Of a DNA stretch of 64,000 nt, positions 1 through 9,320 are shown one piece after another. The stretch spans positions 39-64,038 of the IMG/VR virus record IMGVR_UViG_3300020440_000016; one strand, 5' to 3'. The translations under genes were made by a program, and so were the position numbers. This DNA is from a virus (taxonomy: Duplodnaviria > Caudoviricetes). Under the pieces are notes generated by a model. That model was not told where the DNA came from and searched no databases. It worked only from the letters and a program-made list of their open reading frames with translations. How positions within the stretch are numbered: position 1 is the stretch's first letter; each line of letters begins with the position of its first letter.

Positions 1-432
1 TCAAACACATTTATTAGATATAATTACGAAGTAATTTGTTGCATCATGTAGATTGTTTCAGTCAGACGGAACCTACTCTGTGGTTCCATCTAATCTTGAA
101 CATCATGTGAGTTCGTCACAGCCAAGACTGGAAGTAGGTAATTATTATACACCTATGCATTGGGCTCTGACCTTTCCCAACCTACGTCGACATCACGAAA
201 AAATCTGCTTAACCGCTTTACCGCTTCGCGGATCGCTTCGCTACCTCCTGCTTCGTTCCTTTGCAAGGAGTTTTTATGCACGATGGTGTTTTTTGACTGA
301 CAGCATTCAATCTATATCAACCACTAGGCCCAATTTGTTTGTTGGCTTATCTCCCATAGGGGGTCGATTGATATGTACGTGTGTGGTTATCATGCCACCT
401 TTTACACAGCGGAATTACTAACTGGCCCGCTA
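1..432 (-). ncRNA. Candidate large structured non-coding RNA (or structured cis element), truncated by the window edge
   Basis: About 430 nt with no credible CDS, richer in GC than its flanks, with many nested helices. The 12-bp stem 62-73/82-93 has two G.U pairs only on the minus strand. Other stems: 160-164/176-180, 134-139/180-185, 245-251/263-270, 221-224/228-231. Confidence 0.5.
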
Positions 433-879
433 ACCTTGTGTGCTGTTTGGATCGCCTATAATTTCTTTTAGTGTTTGCCTTAGGATATTTGAACCGCCTA
501 CTCTAACATTAATAATACCGTTGTAATACTCGTCTTTTTCTAACACACGGCGGTCGAATTGTTCTTTAGCCTCTAGGTAACTTAATACGCCTCTGCTTGG
601 ACAAAAATGTAATATCTCTCTTGTGAACTTATCAGGACCTAATTCTTCAACGTCTTTTTGTAAATGATCATTGGAACCCCAATAATCTCTCCAATCTGAT
701 TCTACTTTAGAACGTCTTTTGTTTTTTCTGCCTTTGAGTGGTGGCCTTGTTTTCTTAAATTTTGCTAGTTTTTTGCCTACGTACTTTTTATTATTAGTAG
801 TGTTTGTAATCAAATAAACAAAACCTTCTGTATCTTCAGGTAAATTTTCTATTGTTTTTCCTTGATAAGTCCAGTGCAT
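430..879 (-). CDS. denA: GIY-YIG endonuclease, T4 endonuclease II (DenA)-like
   Basis: GFVYLIT...KKYVGKK GIY-YIG motif, DYWGSN, REILHFC...LSYLEAKEQF, YYNGII; stand-alone 149 aa. Confidence 0.8.
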   Translation of the reverse strand: MHWTYQGKTIENLPEDTEGFVYLITNTTNNKKYVGKKLAKFKKTRPPLKGRKNKRRSKVESDWRDYWGSNDHLQKDVEELGPDKFTREILHFCPSRGVLSYLEAKEQFDRRVLEKDEYYNGIINVRVGGSNILRQTLKEIIGDPNSTQG

Positions 880-898
880 AACGATACTTACACTACAC

Positions 899-1129
899 CT
901 ATGCTTGGGGATCTGAATTGTGGTTTTGCTTCTTTTCTTCTTTTAGTTTTTTGCGTAAATCTTGGACCTCTACTCGCCTTGTACTACAAAGTCTGCGTAT
1001 ATCACTTAATATTACACGGACTTTTCTGCCTGTTTCATCAAAGTTTTTGGATTCCCAACGTTCATTAGCATTATAATAATCCATTATTGCTTGGATTAAA
1101 AGTTCATGAGTGGTTGGATTCTTAGGCAC
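899..1129 (-). CDS. Small basic helical hypothetical protein (weak resemblance to Hc1-like phage proteins)
   Basis: In-frame GTG at 1129 preceded by GAGG and overlapping the gp46 stop; K/R-rich C-terminal helix. Confidence 0.55.
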   Translation of the reverse strand: MPKNPTTHELLIQAIMDYYNANERWESKNFDETGRKVRVILSDIRRLCSTRRVEVQDLRKKLKEEKKQNHNSDPQA

Positions 1130-2903
1130 TTGACACCTCTGTATCATTTGCATAACTTGTAAATCCGTTTTCTTTAATAACTTTTAAAATGTTATTCACA
1201 CGAGAACTTAATTCATCCTTGTGTGAAATCAAATATATGTTTTTAGAACGTTCTCTGCTCATTTTCTTAAGAATACCTATTGCACTTTCTACACCAGCAG
1301 TATCCATACCACTGTCAATAAGTTCATCTATAAACAGCAAATTAATACTTTGATATAAACTTTCCCATACATCACGGAAACTCCAACTCATTGAAAGTAT
1401 TAATCTGTTACGTTCACCTCTGCTTAAATTATCAAAATCTAAATCTCTACCTAGTTCAGTAATTTCCACAGTCAAATCATTTAAGAATCTAACCTGATGC
1501 GGCAATCCTGTTTTTTCCAAGTAGTATGCTAAACGTCTGTTTAACACAGCAAGATTTTGATCAATAATACGTTTTCTAATAAAACTATCCTTGCTCGTAA
1601 GCAGTTTATATAAAAAGTCCATGTGTGCTTTTACGTTCTGCAATTCATTCATAGTATTCCAATCTACTTCTTTGAGTGCAGTATTTTTAAGATCATCCAT
1701 CTGTTCTGTATATGGATTGGACTCTTCGTCTTTTTCTTTTTTACGTTCTTCTAGTGTTTGTAAATTATTTCTGTGATTAAAGGCTTCTTCAGCAGTTTCA
1801 TAGAATGTATTAGGCTTGCCATTTATATCGCCAATTTCGTCAATTTTTTCTGCACATTCTTTCAGTTGTATTTCAATACCGTCTCTGTACTGTTGACTTT
1901 CTATAAAATCATTTTGCTTTTCTGCCAGTAATTGTTCATGCGTGTCATCATGTAATTCTTGTCCACAAGCATAACACTTTTTGCTTTCTACATTTTTAAG
2001 ATCACGTTCATATTTTTTTAGTTCACGTTCTGCTCTTTGTAGACTAGATTCTAAACTTGCTTTTTCTTTTTTAAGATTCTGTAATTCACTGTTAGAACTC
2101 TCCCAAGTTTCTAAATCCTTGTGCATTTGTATTTCTTTGTCAATATCAACCTGTACTAGTTGTGATATTGCTTTTGTTAATCTTGCTATTTCTTCTGATT
2201 GCGAAGCGTCCCAAGCCTTGCTTTTTATTTCAAGTGCATCAATAGATTCTTGAACTGCCTTATTGGCAGACTCAATACCTTTGATTCTAGCATCTTCTTC
2301 AGTGATGCTATCACGCACTTGTTTTTGCTGTTCCTTGAGACGCTCCGACTTCTCAGATAAAATGGTGATCCCTAAAAGTTGCTCAATAATTTCACGTTGT
2401 GCATTATTACTCAGCGATAGGAAAGGTTCTGTGTAGGTATTTAGGGCCACCAAGTGTTTGAACATGGTGTGACTCATGTTCAAAAGTCGTTCAATTTCTT
2501 CTTGTGTTTTACGTGAATCGCCTTGCGATTCATCAACATCATCGGCAGTTTTATCTATATCATTTATATAAAACTTTAATACATTTTTCTTTCTGCCTCT
2601 TTCTATTCTATAAGACCTACCCTCTTTTTCAAACTCAACTGTTACTAACATATCTTTGCCGTTAGTCTTGTTAATTAAGTTTTCTTTACGAATCTTAGTA
2701 AGTGCTTCACCATACAATCCATAACTTAATGCATTAATAATAGTTGTCTTACCTGTTCCGTTTCTTGAACCAGCATCGTCACCTCCTAAATCCAAGTTTT
2801 CACCTAAAACAAGAGTAAGTAGGTTCTTATCGAAATCAACTGCTTGAGTGCTGTTTCCTACACTCATAAAATTTTTAACTGTTAGAGTCTTAATCTTAAA
2901 CAT
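1122..2903 (-). CDS. gp46: Recombination endonuclease ATPase subunit (T4 gp46 / SbcC / Rad50-like)
   Basis: Walker A GSRNGTGKT, coiled coil with CYAC zinc hook, LSRGE signature, Walker B LLFIDE, ISH motif. Confidence 0.95.
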   Translation of the reverse strand: MFKIKTLTVKNFMSVGNSTQAVDFDKNLLTLVLGENLDLGGDDAGSRNGTGKTTIINALSYGLYGEALTKIRKENLINKTNGKDMLVTVEFEKEGRSYRIERGRKKNVLKFYINDIDKTADDVDESQGDSRKTQEEIERLLNMSHTMFKHLVALNTYTEPFLSLSNNAQREIIEQLLGITILSEKSERLKEQQKQVRDSITEEDARIKGIESANKAVQESIDALEIKSKAWDASQSEEIARLTKAISQLVQVDIDKEIQMHKDLETWESSNSELQNLKKEKASLESSLQRAERELKKYERDLKNVESKKCYACGQELHDDTHEQLLAEKQNDFIESQQYRDGIEIQLKECAEKIDEIGDINGKPNTFYETAEEAFNHRNNLQTLEERKKEKDEESNPYTEQMDDLKNTALKEVDWNTMNELQNVKAHMDFLYKLLTSKDSFIRKRIIDQNLAVLNRRLAYYLEKTGLPHQVRFLNDLTVEITELGRDLDFDNLSRGERNRLILSMSWSFRDVWESLYQSINLLFIDELIDSGMDTAGVESAIGILKKMSRERSKNIYLISHKDELSSRVNNILKVIKENGFTSYANDTEVSSA

Positions 2904-2906
2904 ATA

Positions 2907-3932
2907 TTACAAATTCCTATAGATATCTAAAAGTATATTTGGTCTGTACTGTTCACTTTGTATTTTTGTAAGTTGATCAGTAACAATTTGATCTACACTT
3001 TCAAATTCTATTTCTCCTCTTTCTAAAGTTAATGCTTCGTCATTTTCTTCTGTGTTTGGTAATAAACTAATTTCTCTTATGTTGTATTCTTTTATAAAGT
3101 TTTCTTTTATAAAGTTTGCTTCTTCATAGGATATATCAATATCAAGTGTAACTCTTAGATACAAATTACTTGGAGAAAGCAATTTTTCTGTATCGTTTAA
3201 AAGTGTTGAAAGTTTCATAGTTCTATACTTTGGACAATCTGCCCAATCAATAAACTGTGGTTGTCCTCCCCATTCAAGAACCATCATACCACGTTCATCA
3301 TCCCATGCATCTGCGTAATTGTGTGGAAACGCATTTCCAATATACCAAATATTATTGTTGTTTTGTCTTTTGTGAAAATGTCCTGTAAAAACCATTTCTT
3401 GATTAGTAAAATCATCTGCTTTTACTTCTCCTGTATCTGGCATTTCTACCATTGCATTCATTTTGAAATGTGGCAGTTCAAAGTGTCCAAACATATATCT
3501 ACATTGTAGTTTACACACCTTTTTCCATTCGTCACCAACTAACCAAGGAATCAATGCTACATTGTCTTTTACAATAGGTTCATTTACCACTGTTACACCT
3601 GGAACGTGTTTACCAAATATTACAGAATGTATTTCTCTTTTGTCTTTGTAGTATAAATCATGATTACCTGGAAAGAAATAAAAGTTATCAAATGCTTTGC
3701 CTAGTTTTTCTAAACTTCTTAAACTTGCATCCATTGTGGTTAAATTTAAAGCACTTCTATTGTGATGCCAATCACCTGTGAATATACCTGTTTCACAACC
3801 ATTTGCTTTTGCTTGTTCAATAAACCAATCAACAAATGCTTCACAATCATCGTTGTGAATCTTTGAATTAGATTTCAAGCCAAAGTGTATATCCGTGAAT
3901 ACGGCCGCTTTTTTAAATAAATTTTCTGTCAT
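2907..3932 (-). CDS. gp47: Recombination endonuclease nuclease subunit (T4 gp47 / SbcD / Mre11-like)
   Basis: Metallophosphoesterase motifs DIH, GDWHH, GNHD, GHFE, GHFH; adjacent to gp46. Confidence 0.95.
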   Translation of the reverse strand: MTENLFKKAAVFTDIHFGLKSNSKIHNDDCEAFVDWFIEQAKANGCETGIFTGDWHHNRSALNLTTMDASLRSLEKLGKAFDNFYFFPGNHDLYYKDKREIHSVIFGKHVPGVTVVNEPIVKDNVALIPWLVGDEWKKVCKLQCRYMFGHFELPHFKMNAMVEMPDTGEVKADDFTNQEMVFTGHFHKRQNNNNIWYIGNAFPHNYADAWDDERGMMVLEWGGQPQFIDWADCPKYRTMKLSTLLNDTEKLLSPSNLYLRVTLDIDISYEEANFIKENFIKEYNIREISLLPNTEENDEALTLERGEIEFESVDQIVTDQLTKIQSEQYRPNILLDIYRNL

Positions 3933-3950
3933 TTCCTATCCTACAACTAT

Positions 3951-3979
3951 ATTGTAAACAAAATTAATTAAAAAGTCAA
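3951..3979 (-). promoter_or_regulatory. Sigma70-type promoter for gp47-gp46
   Basis: TTGACT-N17-TACAAT on the minus strand. Confidence 0.7.
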
Positions 3980-4834
3980 CTAGTAATCAGCCTTTGGGCG
4001 TCTCATTGTCTTATAAAATTCTGCCAATTTTTCTTTATCTTCTTTAAAAATTTCGCTAGTCTGTCTAGTGAAACTAGGATTCAATCCATTGTCTTGTAAA
4101 ATATCATCTCTTATGTTTTGATTTTTCTTTTCAATGTTTAGAACTCTTGTAAAACTATTTGTTACTGCCGCAGTATAGTATGCAAAAGGATTTTGCGATT
4201 TGCTTTCGTCAAACTGTAAACCAATTTGTGATAATTGTAACACTGCCTGTGCTCTCATCTCATCATTATATGTATAGCCTCTCCAGTTAGATCTAGTACC
4301 ATATCTGTCTGCAAGTTTCAAAAACATTCTGCCTAAGTTCTCTGTAATACGTCCGTGTTCTTTGCTGAAGTAACCATTTGACATACCACCAATCCAATGA
4401 CTTTTGCCCACACAAATCAAATTATCATTTTCATCATACTTCCAGTGTTGGAATGGAGGAAAGTTTACTTTTGTGTGTTCATCCGCAACAGTTTTAGTTT
4501 TACGTTTTCTACCAGGTTCTAATGGAACATGATCAAAAGTCATAATTCTAAAAATTAAATCTGTTTTTTCGATCTTTTTCCAATCTGGTGTAAGTTCTGC
4601 TAATTTTACTTTTTTGTTTCCGCTTTCACGTGCTTGTTCGTATGCTTTTTTGCCTATTCTATCTGCCCTATTTCTTTTTGCTTGAGCAATCGATAGTCTG
4701 TTAACCTTTTCAAGTGTGGGTAATATAATGTCATGTTGCCCATAATCGCTGTCAGTATAGGAACAAAACGTTGCTTTACTGCGATGTATCTCACTCAAAA
4801 GGTCTTTGTTTGTTAGATATTTCGTTCTTTTCAT
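3980..4834 (-). CDS. gp55: Late-transcription sigma factor (T4 gp55-like) with a large internal insertion
   Basis: YLTNKDLL N-terminus; NWRGYTYNDEM, FDESKSQNPFAYYT, SFTRVLNIEKKNQNIRD resemble gp55; start assumed at MKRTKY. Confidence 0.85.
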   Translation of the reverse strand: MKRTKYLTNKDLLSEIHRSKATFCSYTDSDYGQHDIILPTLEKVNRLSIAQAKRNRADRIGKKAYEQARESGNKKVKLAELTPDWKKIEKTDLIFRIMTFDHVPLEPGRKRKTKTVADEHTKVNFPPFQHWKYDENDNLICVGKSHWIGGMSNGYFSKEHGRITENLGRMFLKLADRYGTRSNWRGYTYNDEMRAQAVLQLSQIGLQFDESKSQNPFAYYTAAVTNSFTRVLNIEKKNQNIRDDILQDNGLNPSFTRQTSEIFKEDKEKLAEFYKTMRRPKADY

Positions 4835-4860
4835 AGAATTCTCCAAGTAATATAAGTATT

Positions 4861-4893
4861 ATAAACTACGCACATTAAAAAAGCAATAAATAT
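4861..4893 (+). promoter_or_regulatory. Late promoter-like element, bipartite copy 1
   Basis: ATAAACTACGCAC-N11-AATAAATAT upstream of the first structural gene; TAAATA is the core of the T4 late promoter TATAAATA. Confidence 0.65.
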
Positions 4894-4918
4894 TTGTAAC
4901 AAAAGGAGCCAAAATAAT

Positions 4919-5698
4919 ATGCTACAATCTTTAGGATCTTTCGGTACTAAATTAATCAAAAATGCCGGAGAAGCAACAGGTATAGGACAAAACGAAGGAG
5001 CCGCGTCTGCACTTGGAAAAATTCCATTTGTTGGTGGTGCGTTAAAACGTTTAGGCATAGATTTAAGCAAAGGCGGTGGCCCTGCTTATAGAGAAATTCC
5101 TGGTACTCATTTGGCTACTATTGATCATAGAGTAAAAATTAAAATAGGAGAGTCATACTTACAAGGACCGTCAGCAGTGTTAAAAGAGTCAGGCGGAGTA
5201 GTATTTCCATATACTCCACAGATTGTTGTTACACACAGAGCCAACTATTCTCCTATTCATCCTACACATAGTAATTATCAGTTTCAAGCATACCAGAACT
5301 CACAAATTGACGCACTGTCTATTGTTGGTACTTTTACAGCGAACAATGTTGCTGAAGCAAAACACGTACTAGGAAGTATTCATGCTTTGAGAACAGTAAC
5401 AAAAATGCACTTTGGTGGCGGAGCAAATTTAGGTGCACCACCTCCTGTTTGTCAACTTTCAGGATATGGTGAATATATGTTTAATGATATTCCAGTTGTT
5501 GTAGGAAACTTCTTTTATACATTGAACGAAGATGTTGATTATATTGATGTTCCAACCACAGGCGGAGCAAAAACTACTGTGCCAACTAGAGCAGAACTAA
5601 CAGTTGAATGTTTACCAGCGTTCTCGAGAAGAGATCAAGCACAATTTACAATGGAAGATTTTGCAAGTGGTAATTTAAGATTTAAAGGAATGATTTAA
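4919..5698 (+). CDS. Baseplate tail-tube cap/initiator (gp48/gp54-like)
   Basis: VFPYTPQI, LRTVTKM-FG, GAPPPV-LSGYG-YMF--IPVVV are typical of tube-fold baseplate proteins; first gene of the tail operon. Confidence 0.65.
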   Translation: MLQSLGSFGTKLIKNAGEATGIGQNEGAASALGKIPFVGGALKRLGIDLSKGGGPAYREIPGTHLATIDHRVKIKIGESYLQGPSAVLKESGGVVFPYTPQIVVTHRANYSPIHPTHSNYQFQAYQNSQIDALSIVGTFTANNVAEAKHVLGSIHALRTVTKMHFGGGANLGAPPPVCQLSGYGEYMFNDIPVVVGNFFYTLNEDVDYIDVPTTGGAKTTVPTRAELTVECLPAFSRRDQAQFTMEDFASGNLRFKGMI

Positions 5699-5991
5699 TG
5701 TACGCAAAAACAAGTTTATATTCTTCAACAGAAATTACTCAAAACGGTTTAGGTATTTTAAATTACAGAAAAATTCCGGAAATTACAACAGATGTAATTT
5801 ATAAAATTAAACCTCAGTACAATTATAGACCCGATCTTTTAGCAAGTGATTTGTACGATGATCCAAATTTATGGTGGGTATTCAAATCAAGAAATCCAAG
5901 TGTGTTAGAAGATCCTGTATTTGATTTTGTTGCTGGAGTTGTAATTAAAGTTCCTAGATTAGAAACTATTAAAGCAGTGCTTGGAGTTTAG
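5698..5991 (+). CDS. gp53: Baseplate wedge protein with LysM-like fold (gp53-like)
   Basis: RPDLLASDLYDDPNLWWVF...N...DF..G..IKVP; coupled to the upstream gene by TAATG. Confidence 0.75.
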   Translation: MYAKTSLYSSTEITQNGLGILNYRKIPEITTDVIYKIKPQYNYRPDLLASDLYDDPNLWWVFKSRNPSVLEDPVFDFVAGVVIKVPRLETIKAVLGV

Positions 5992-5993
5992 CA

Positions 5994-8900
5994 ATGGCCA
6001 TTAAGGTTAATAAAGATGCTGTGAGTAGAGCAAGAAAACTTTACACCAGCGAAAATACAGATCTTGTCGACAGCATGATCGGGGACAGTGATGATGATGA
6101 ACTTCTAGAAGCAACTGAAAGAAGTTTAGACTCAAAATACACTGATTACCAATTAGGTGTAAAAGGATCTGCACTTGGTTCTGCAGAAGCAGAAGCAAAA
6201 TTCTACAACGGTAAAAAATATAATCCATTACACAAATACAATTCTTACAATTACATTTTTACTTTAAGCAGTTTAACTGCTGACCAACTGAAGACTCCCG
6301 AAAACTATGGAAATTTTATACAGGCTGTTTTTGGAAGTGGTAGAGAAGCCAGCACAAATTATATTGTATTAAGATCAGGAGGTTATCCAAGAACAAAAGT
6401 TAATGTTGCTATGACAGACAATTTTTCAGACCCCGAATATGGCATCACACCAGACAACAGTGTAAATGGTAAAACAGGAGGGTCTGGTTTTAAAGGACTT
6501 TCTGCAAGTCCAGGAGCAACTAATGCCAAACACAAAGATTTGTTCATAGATAATGTTGTAATGGAAACAGTAATGGATCTCGGTGCTAGTGGTGTAAGTA
6601 ATTTAACCACAGGAAGTTTTGAGGTAACTGAGCCATACAGTGTAGCAGGATTTTACGAGGAACTTTACAATGCATCACGGTTTGCAGGACATGAACATTA
6701 TATGGGGGCACCATTTTTATTAAGTTTGACTTTTGTTGGTCATCGTTTAGAAGACGGGGAGTTAAAAACGGAAGTAGCAGATAGGTCTACTAGGCATTTT
6801 CCTATAATATTTACAGGCAGTAATATGAATGTGTCAGCCGCAGGTGCAAGGTATAATGTACAGTTTGCAGGATTTAACAGCAAAGCAAACACGACTATTG
6901 CAAATAGACTACCGCAAAATATTAAAGGACCACAACAGGCAACTCCTAGTGTGAGTAGTGTGTTAACTTATTTGTTTAACAAAGTAAATGATGTTGTTAG
7001 AAAAGAAGCAGAAGAACAAGAAAAAGGTCAAAACAACGACTCATTGAAAAAAATTGAAGAGAATGAAGCGGCGAGTCGTAAAAGAATAGAAAGTGCTCAA
7101 GCGAAAAATAGTAATCTAAAAGTAGGTCCTTATCAACATCACAATTATGCAATTTGGTTTCCAAAAAAATATGGAACAAATACCAAGGACGAATTAGGAA
7201 CAATACTGCAAGGCGATGCTTTTCCTAAATGGGAATCCGGAGCAAAAGATTTTCTATCTCCAGAAACTACTGAAGATGATACAAGTTTAAACATTAAAAA
7301 ATATAGTTCAGACGTAAAATTAGATATCAGTAATGCTATAGGTGATGCCGCCATGCAGGTTACAGAATCGTCATACACAGGTTTTTATTCTGTGCCAGAC
7401 TTAGATAAAAAAGTTGCTGACAGTGATGAAAAAATTAAAACCAAAGTAAAAGAAATCAATAAACTAAAAACAAACTCTTCAAAAGCATTACTTGAGGCAA
7501 CAAAGGCAAGACAAAAGTTTGAAGAAGAAGCAAAAAAATATTACAAATTGAATGATGCGGAAATTGCCGATTTTAGAAAAAGATTTACTACTGTTGACGA
7601 TGACACCGGAGAAGCACTGTACGAAAATAAATCAACAATATCTTATAACGAATTTAGAGATTTAAATCCTGACGGTACTAATAATACAAAAGACACTACT
7701 CCACCTGAAGTAAGCAGTGATGTACAAGAAGCATTGAATAAATTAATGCTGAATTATCAACAGGCTATTAAAAAACAAAACGAAGCCAAACGTGCAGTGA
7801 ACAGAGCGGGTACTGAACTTCAAAGTTTAGTAGAAGCAAGAGATTCTGTATTTGATGAAAAATATGTAAGATATGGTACAAGCAAATCAGCAAGAAACTG
7901 GAGTTTCAAAAAAGAAACCAGCCTTGAAGAAAATATACATAAAGTAATTTTCGATAGTGTATATGCCACAGAATTAGATGGCGGCGAACTAGCACAAGAG
8001 TATAATAAAACAGGTTATATACCTTGGTATAGAATTGAAAAAATTGCACACCTAAAAGGATTTGATACATTTACAAACACAGAAGTTTATGACTATCATT
8101 TTATTATACAACCGTTCCTAGTGCATTATAGTAGTTTGCCTTTACCAGTAAGTGTGTACGATTATAAAATATTAAAAGAAAAAGCAGTTAGAGAATACAA
8201 CTACATTTACACAGGGAAAAATATTGATGTTCTTGGGTTTGATATAGATTTTAACAATTTGTTTGCGGCCGCGGCACTATACAAACCACAACAAGGTGCA
8301 GAAGGTTCTACAGGTACAGCAACAAAAGAAAAAGAAAATGTTAGACCTCCTCTAGGAGATGTGATACAAGCACTGGGAGGAAATAGAGTTGGACAAAAAA
8401 GAACAGTTGCAGTTAATCAAACATCTTCGACTACACAGAATGCGCCTACGGCAAACAACAGGGACGATACAGCAAAGTTCTTGCATGATGCACTATATTC
8501 TGGATCATACGAAAAAAGTTTAATAAACGCAGAAATAGAAATAGTAGGTGATCCGGTATACTTGCTTGGAAGTGGTATTACTTCTAGAGCATCACTAGAT
8601 GCAACTAATGTAGAAACAGAAGCAGGAGAAATTAATTGTTTCAGCAGAGAAGGTGATATTGTTTTTAGATTCGGTACAGCAGAAGATATGCCTACTTCAG
8701 ATGAAATCAAAGGTGGCAAAAATACAATGATGTTAGATGAAAGTATCTATAGCGGTGCTTACAAAGTTATTTCATGTACAAGTACTTTTAATGAAGGTAT
8801 GTTTATGCAAAAACTTCTTACATACAGAAGACCTAATCAAGCAAACGATTATGTTGAAAAACGTGAACCACAGATATTTGAAACAGTTAAAGAAGCAGAT

Positions 8901-9320
8901 AAATCTACAGCACCGTCAAGTCAAGAAAATCTTGATAAGATGAAGAAAAAGCCTGTAAGAAAATTAAGCAAAGAAGATTTAGAAAATCTCAACTTCCACG
9001 GACCTGGTGCATTAGGTGGAATAAGTAGTCAAGCAATGGTAGAAATTCCTTCCGCAAATCTAGGATTAAATCCTGCGGCACTAGGAGGAAGTGTATTCAC
9101 AACAGTGGCTGAAGCACAAGTTATTGGCGGACAACTTTCTGCTGGCACATTTGATATTAAGAACTTTGTTCCTGAACAAGCAATGAAGTCTATTGAAAGT
9201 GTAAATGGAGTTACCGTACAAAATGTTGCGGGAGTAGAACAAGTTGTAAAAAACACTGCCGGCACTAGCAATATTACAAATGCTAGTAATTTTGTAGGAA
9301 AGGTCAATGATAGCACGTAA
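5994..9320 (+). CDS. Baseplate hub protein (gp27/gpD-like) with a large coiled-coil insertion
   Basis: 1108 aa between gp53 and gp5; IEIVGDPVYL and YSGAYKVISCTSTF hub-like C-terminus; central charged helical region. Confidence 0.6.
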   Translation: MAIKVNKDAVSRARKLYTSENTDLVDSMIGDSDDDELLEATERSLDSKYTDYQLGVKGSALGSAEAEAKFYNGKKYNPLHKYNSYNYIFTLSSLTADQLKTPENYGNFIQAVFGSGREASTNYIVLRSGGYPRTKVNVAMTDNFSDPEYGITPDNSVNGKTGGSGFKGLSASPGATNAKHKDLFIDNVVMETVMDLGASGVSNLTTGSFEVTEPYSVAGFYEELYNASRFAGHEHYMGAPFLLSLTFVGHRLEDGELKTEVADRSTRHFPIIFTGSNMNVSAAGARYNVQFAGFNSKANTTIANRLPQNIKGPQQATPSVSSVLTYLFNKVNDVVRKEAEEQEKGQNNDSLKKIEENEAASRKRIESAQAKNSNLKVGPYQHHNYAIWFPKKYGTNTKDELGTILQGDAFPKWESGAKDFLSPETTEDDTSLNIKKYSSDVKLDISNAIGDAAMQVTESSYTGFYSVPDLDKKVADSDEKIKTKVKEINKLKTNSSKALLEATKARQKFEEEAKKYYKLNDAEIADFRKRFTTVDDDTGEALYENKSTISYNEFRDLNPDGTNNTKDTTPPEVSSDVQEALNKLMLNYQQAIKKQNEAKRAVNRAGTELQSLVEARDSVFDEKYVRYGTSKSARNWSFKKETSLEENIHKVIFDSVYATELDGGELAQEYNKTGYIPWYRIEKIAHLKGFDTFTNTEVYDYHFIIQPFLVHYSSLPLPVSVYDYKILKEKAVREYNYIYTGKNIDVLGFDIDFNNLFAAAALYKPQQGAEGSTGTATKEKENVRPPLGDVIQALGGNRVGQKRTVAVNQTSSTTQNAPTANNRDDTAKFLHDALYSGSYEKSLINAEIEIVGDPVYLLGSGITSRASLDATNVETEAGEINCFSREGDIVFRFGTAEDMPTSDEIKGGKNTMMLDESIYSGAYKVISCTSTFNEGMFMQKLLTYRRPNQANDYVEKREPQIFETVKEADKSTAPSSQENLDKMKKKPVRKLSKEDLENLNFHGPGALGGISSQAMVEIPSANLGLNPAALGGSVFTTVAEAQVIGGQLSAGTFDIKNFVPEQAMKSIESVNGVTVQNVAGVEQVVKNTAGTSNITNASNFVGKVNDST

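Noticed and set aside
53-421. 122-aa plus-strand ORF
   Set aside because: Atypical composition, no RBS or promoter, opposite to the neighbouring genes, and lies across a structured tract with minus-strand G.U bias.
1-879. Group I or group II intron with a GIY-YIG homing endonuclease
   Set aside because: No recognisable P7 R/S elements or domain V, no interrupted host gene visible, and the nuclease is of the short EndoII type. The window edge prevents complete exclusion.
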